Source: an uncultured Acetatifactor sp. (GTDB lineage: Bacteria > Bacillota > Clostridia > Lachnospirales > Lachnospiraceae). From it: 41,263 bases of DNA. The first letter of the stretch is position 1; every line of letters begins with the position of its first letter. The notes beneath the pieces were generated by a model that searched no databases, was not told the DNA's origin, and saw only the letters and a list, made by a program, of their open reading frames with translations. The position numbers were made by a program, and so were the translations under genes. Location of the stretch: assembly GCA_948496895.1 (NCBI GenBank), contig CAOOJO010000001.1, positions 1 through 41,263 of the forward strand. The letters are read 5' to 3'. Positions 38,043-41,263 of the stretch are shown here, piece by piece.

Positions 38043-39560
38043 TGCCGCGCCCCCTTTCCAAAAATCCGCCGATGAAAGCCCCATTTACATATCCAGCCAT
38101 GAATCCCATATGCCCACTGCCACATTCCGCATATGGAAACAGCGCAAAGCAGCGGCAAAAACACAAGCAGATATCTTGGTTTCGCCTCAAACAGCAATTG
38201 ATAGCAAAAGATTCCCAGAAAAGTCACCACAAGGATTACATGTTTTTCCCTTTGCTCTTTTGGACAAAAGCAGATGCCGGCAATCCCCAGCATACAGAAT
38301 ACCCAGGCAAGCTGACAAAATGCATTGAATCTTCCTGAATATAGGCTTTCGGGCCAAAAGATATTCCTGAGCAACTCCATGCACCCGTCATTGCTGGCCA
38401 GATCCGGGGGATAATGCTTGGCAATCCAGTTGCCTTGCCATCCAAAGGTTCCGTCATTAAAGACCAGAACCATTTTCTTCAGCCAGAAAGAAATATTCCC
38501 TAAAAAGCCGCGGTCTTTTATCCGTCCGACAGCCCTTTCAAACGCCGCTTTATCCCTCTCCTCCCTGCTGGTCTGAAATTCGCCAAATATACTCGCATCA
38601 TCGGTACTATAGGTTCCTGTGGTTTCCCCATTCTGCCCCATATGAAAATAATGCTGCCAGCCTGCCTCTATCTTCGGGTTAAAGTCCAGCCCCACGTCTT
38701 TCATCATATAGTCCATGCTGGCTCCCTTTGCCAAAAACAGAGCCGCCACAAGTCCCGCCTCCGCCAAAATATAACGCCATCTCTTCCGGTCTCCCGCCAG
38801 CCATCCGACTAACTCCACCATTAGAACTGCAATCACAACGATATACCCGCTGGGCTTAATCAGCCCCCCAAGCATCCCGGCCAGCAGCGCGGCAGCTACT
38901 GACAGATACTTAGGGGCAAATCTTTCCGCCTCCCTGTAGCACAGATAAAAATAAATGCACGCAATCGGAAAGACAATGCCATAGACATCCGTATACGGCG
39001 CTATCTTCCATGGCGTTATCCCTCCCAGCGCCAAATACAGCAAAAACGCCGTCAACGTCGGTATAAGCCCATTGGTCAGCTTTTTCACTGTAAGACAGCT
39101 AAGGAATCCTCCCAGGGATATCAGCGCACAGTTCACCTCTATCCACAGGAACCCGGGATAAGAATAGCTTGCGTTTGCCACGGCCTTTAAATAAATCTCC
39201 TTCAGAATATAAAGGATGGGAATGTTGTTCGTATACATGGAAAAATAAACAGAATACCCGAGAGGGTTCCCTTCCGCGACACGCGATGCGCTGTCGGTAA
39301 CCGTCATAACATCCCAGGCGAAGTGGAACGCAATCTCCCTAGCAATCCGAACGTTCACCAGAAACAGCAGCAAAAAGAGAAACGCCAGGAGCACGTCCAG
39401 ACCCAAGCCTGCCTTATGGGTCAGGCGTATCTTTCTGCATGCCCACGCAACCACAAAAATAAGCGCAAAGCCTGCCAGGGCAATCATAGCAAAAACGCAG
39501 TTCGGCAACAGGGCATTTATTTTATATGTTTCATTATAATCCATATGATTTCCAATGAAA
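36486..39560. repeat. Diverged tandem gene duplication, period about 1.6 kb
   Basis: tatccagccatgaatcc at 36486 and 38090 (offset 1604), plus many other collinear near-identical blocks. Confidence 0.9.
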
Positions 39561-39685
39561 ATCACACAAAAAAGAACCGGCAGAAAGAAGGCTCCCATCA
39601 GTACATACATGAAGCCAATCACATGTTTTCCCATCTTCATCTTATTCTTTTCCATTTCTATCGTGCGTTTCCGCTCTTTACTCAT
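38039..39685 (-). CDS. Polytopic membrane protein, putative GT-C fold glycosyltransferase (paralogue A)
   Basis: Same motifs as paralogue B ([26 protein letters not shown]). Start uncertain (39697/39685/39655). Confidence 0.75.
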   Translation of the reverse strand: MSKERKRTIEMEKNKMKMGKHVIGFMYVLMGAFFLPVLFCVIFIGNHMDYNETYKINALLPNCVFAMIALAGFALIFVVAWACRKIRLTHKAGLGLDVLLAFLFLLLFLVNVRIAREIAFHFAWDVMTVTDSASRVAEGNPLGYSVYFSMYTNNIPILYILKEIYLKAVANASYSYPGFLWIEVNCALISLGGFLSCLTVKKLTNGLIPTLTAFLLYLALGGITPWKIAPYTDVYGIVFPIACIYFYLCYREAERFAPKYLSVAAALLAGMLGGLIKPSGYIVVIAVLMVELVGWLAGDRKRWRYILAEAGLVAALFLAKGASMDYMMKDVGLDFNPKIEAGWQHYFHMGQNGETTGTYSTDDASIFGEFQTSREERDKAAFERAVGRIKDRGFLGNISFWLKKMVLVFNDGTFGWQGNWIAKHYPPDLASNDGCMELLRNIFWPESLYSGRFNAFCQLAWVFCMLGIAGICFCPKEQREKHVILVVTFLGIFCYQLLFEAKPRYLLVFLPLLCAVSICGMWQWAYGIHGWICKWGFHRRIFGKGARQ

Positions 39686-41263
39686 CTGTTTTGCCAATAA
39701 GCTCCTGAAGCGATTTCTTTAATGCCAGCATCTTGTCCCGAAGCTCCGCGGCGGCCTCGAAGTTCAGGTCGGCGGCGGCCTTCTGCATCTTCTTCTGCAC
39801 GTCCGCGATCAGCTTCTCCAGTTCCTTGCGGCTCATGGATTCAGGATCCTTCTCGAAGCGCATCTCCTCCTTGGCGATGACCTTGGAGATGGCTATCAGG
39901 TCGCGGACGGACTTCTTGATTGTCTGTGGGGTGATGCCGTTGGCTTCATTATATTTCATCTGAATCTCGCGGCGGCGGTTGGTCTCATCCAACGCCACCC
40001 GCATGGAGTCCGTGATGGTATCGGCGTACATGACCACATGGCCCTCGGCGTTCCTGGCGGCGCGGCCGATGGTCTGGATCAGGGAGGTGGCGCTGCGCAG
40101 GAATCCCTCCTTGTCCGCGTCCAGGATGGCCACCAGAGATATCTCCGGGATGTCCAGGCCCTCCCGCAGCAGGTTGATGCCCACCAGCACGTCGAACACG
40201 TCCAGCCGCATGTCCCGGATGATCTCCGCCCGCTCCAGGGTGTCGATGTCCGAGTGGAGGTACTTCACACGGATGCCCACGTCCTTCATGTAATCCGTCA
40301 GGTCCTCCGCCATGCGCTTGGTCAGGGTGGTCACCAGCACCTTGTTGTGCTTCGCGGTCTCTTTGTTGATCTCGCCGATCAGGTCATCGATCTGCCCCTC
40401 CACGGGACGCACGTCCACCTGGGGATCCAGCAGCCCTGTGGGCCGGATGATCTGCTCCGTGCGCAGCAGCTCGTGGGCCTCCTCGTAATCCGAGGGGGTG
40501 GCGGAGACGAACATCATCTGGTCAATGTGGGTCTCGAACTCTTCAAAGTTCAGGGGCCTGTTGTCCATGGCGGAGGGCAGGCGGAAGCCGTAGTCCACCA
40601 GGGTCTGCTTCCTGGAGCGGTCTCCGGCGTACATCCCCCGGATCTGGGGGATGGTCATATGGGACTCGTCGATGATGATCAGGAAGTCGTCGGGGAAGAA
40701 GTCCATCAAGGTCAATGGCGGCGCTCCCTCGGGCATGGCGTTGAGGTGACGGGAGTAGTTCTCGATGCCGGAGCAGAAGCCCGTCTCCCGCAGCATCTCG
40801 ATGTCGAAGTTGGTCCGCTCGGCGATGCGCTGGGCCTCTATGAGCTTGTCCTCGCCCTTGAAGAAGCGCACCCGCTCTTCCATCTCTTTTTCGATATTGT
40901 CGCAGGCGGCCTTAATCTTGTCCATGGAGACTACGTAGTGGGAGGCCGGGAAGATGGCGATATGGTTCAGCACCGCGTGCACCCTGCCGGACAGAGGTTC
41001 TATCTCGGCGATACGGTCGATTTCGTCCCCGAAGAACTCGATGCGGATGAAGTAGTCCCCGCCCTGGGCCGGGTACACCTCGATGACGTCCCCGTGCACC
41101 CTAAAGCACCCTCTGTGCATGTCCATCTCGTTGCGGGTGTACTGGATGTCCACCAGCTCCCGCAGCACCTGATCCCTGTCCTTTATCATGCCGGGAAGCA
41201 GGGAGACAATCATGTCCTGGTACTCGTCCGGGCTGCCCAGGCCGTAGATGCAGGACACGCTGG
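39678..41263 (-). CDS. uvrB: Excinuclease ABC subunit B (5'-truncated by the window)
   Basis: [46 protein letters not shown]-terminal [12 protein letters not shown] motif. Confidence 0.99.
   Translation of the reverse strand, partial: SVSCIYGLGSPDEYQDMIVSLLPGMIKDRDQVLRELVDIQYTRNEMDMHRGCFRVHGDVIEVYPAQGGDYFIRIEFFGDEIDRIAEIEPLSGRVHAVLNHIAIFPASHYVVSMDKIKAACDNIEKEMEERVRFFKGEDKLIEAQRIAERTNFDIEMLRETGFCSGIENYSRHLNAMPEGAPPLTLMDFFPDDFLIIIDESHMTIPQIRGMYAGDRSRKQTLVDYGFRLPSAMDNRPLNFEEFETHIDQMMFVSATPSDYEEAHELLRTEQIIRPTGLLDPQVDVRPVEGQIDDLIGEINKETAKHNKVLVTTLTKRMAEDLTDYMKDVGIRVKYLHSDIDTLERAEIIRDMRLDVFDVLVGINLLREGLDIPEISLVAILDADKEGFLRSATSLIQTIGRAARNAEGHVVMYADTITDSMRVALDETNRRREIQMKYNEANGITPQTIKKSVRDLIAISKVIAKEEMRFEKDPESMSRKELEKLIADVQKKMQKAAADLNFEAAAELRDKMLALKKSLQELIGKTDE

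Overview
A GC-rich (roughly 60-65% by spot counts) Firmicute chromosomal segment. Gene content and synteny suggest Clostridia/Lachnospiraceae; that assignment is inference. Almost all genes lie on the minus strand. The right half is mostly core genome: uvrB (partial), two lower-GC paralogous GT-C-like membrane proteins, uvrA, mbl, two flagellar rod genes, a rod-binding flgJ-like gene, recD2, comF, yvyF, two unknown membrane genes, cdaA, cdaR, glmM and HPr. The middle holds a DUF3048/YerB-like lipoprotein (the only plus-strand gene), a GtrB-like GT2 and a receiver-less Spo0A DNA-binding-domain gene. The left half is a Wzy-type cell-surface polysaccharide locus that continues past the left edge. 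It has two initiating sugar transferases, GT2/GT4 enzymes, an EpsG polymerase, a Wzz fused to a degenerate kinase and a CapD/CapM/CapN-like trio, and it is interrupted by a GH73 hydrolase and a Pro/Thr-rich lipoprotein. I found no rRNA, tRNA, CRISPR array, transposase or integrase. Best leads: (1) the duplicated low-GC GT-C-like pair inserted into and coupled to the uvrB-uvrA operon; (2) the orphan Spo0A C-terminal domain next to the glycan locus; (3) comF has no in-frame canonical start for its conserved N-terminus, and one extra A in an A6 run would fuse it to an upstream short ORF; (4) the hydrolase/lipoprotein pair with an unassigned C-terminal domain and a possible degenerate c-di-AMP-riboswitch-like leader. 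All family assignments come from motif recognition by eye, not from database searches.
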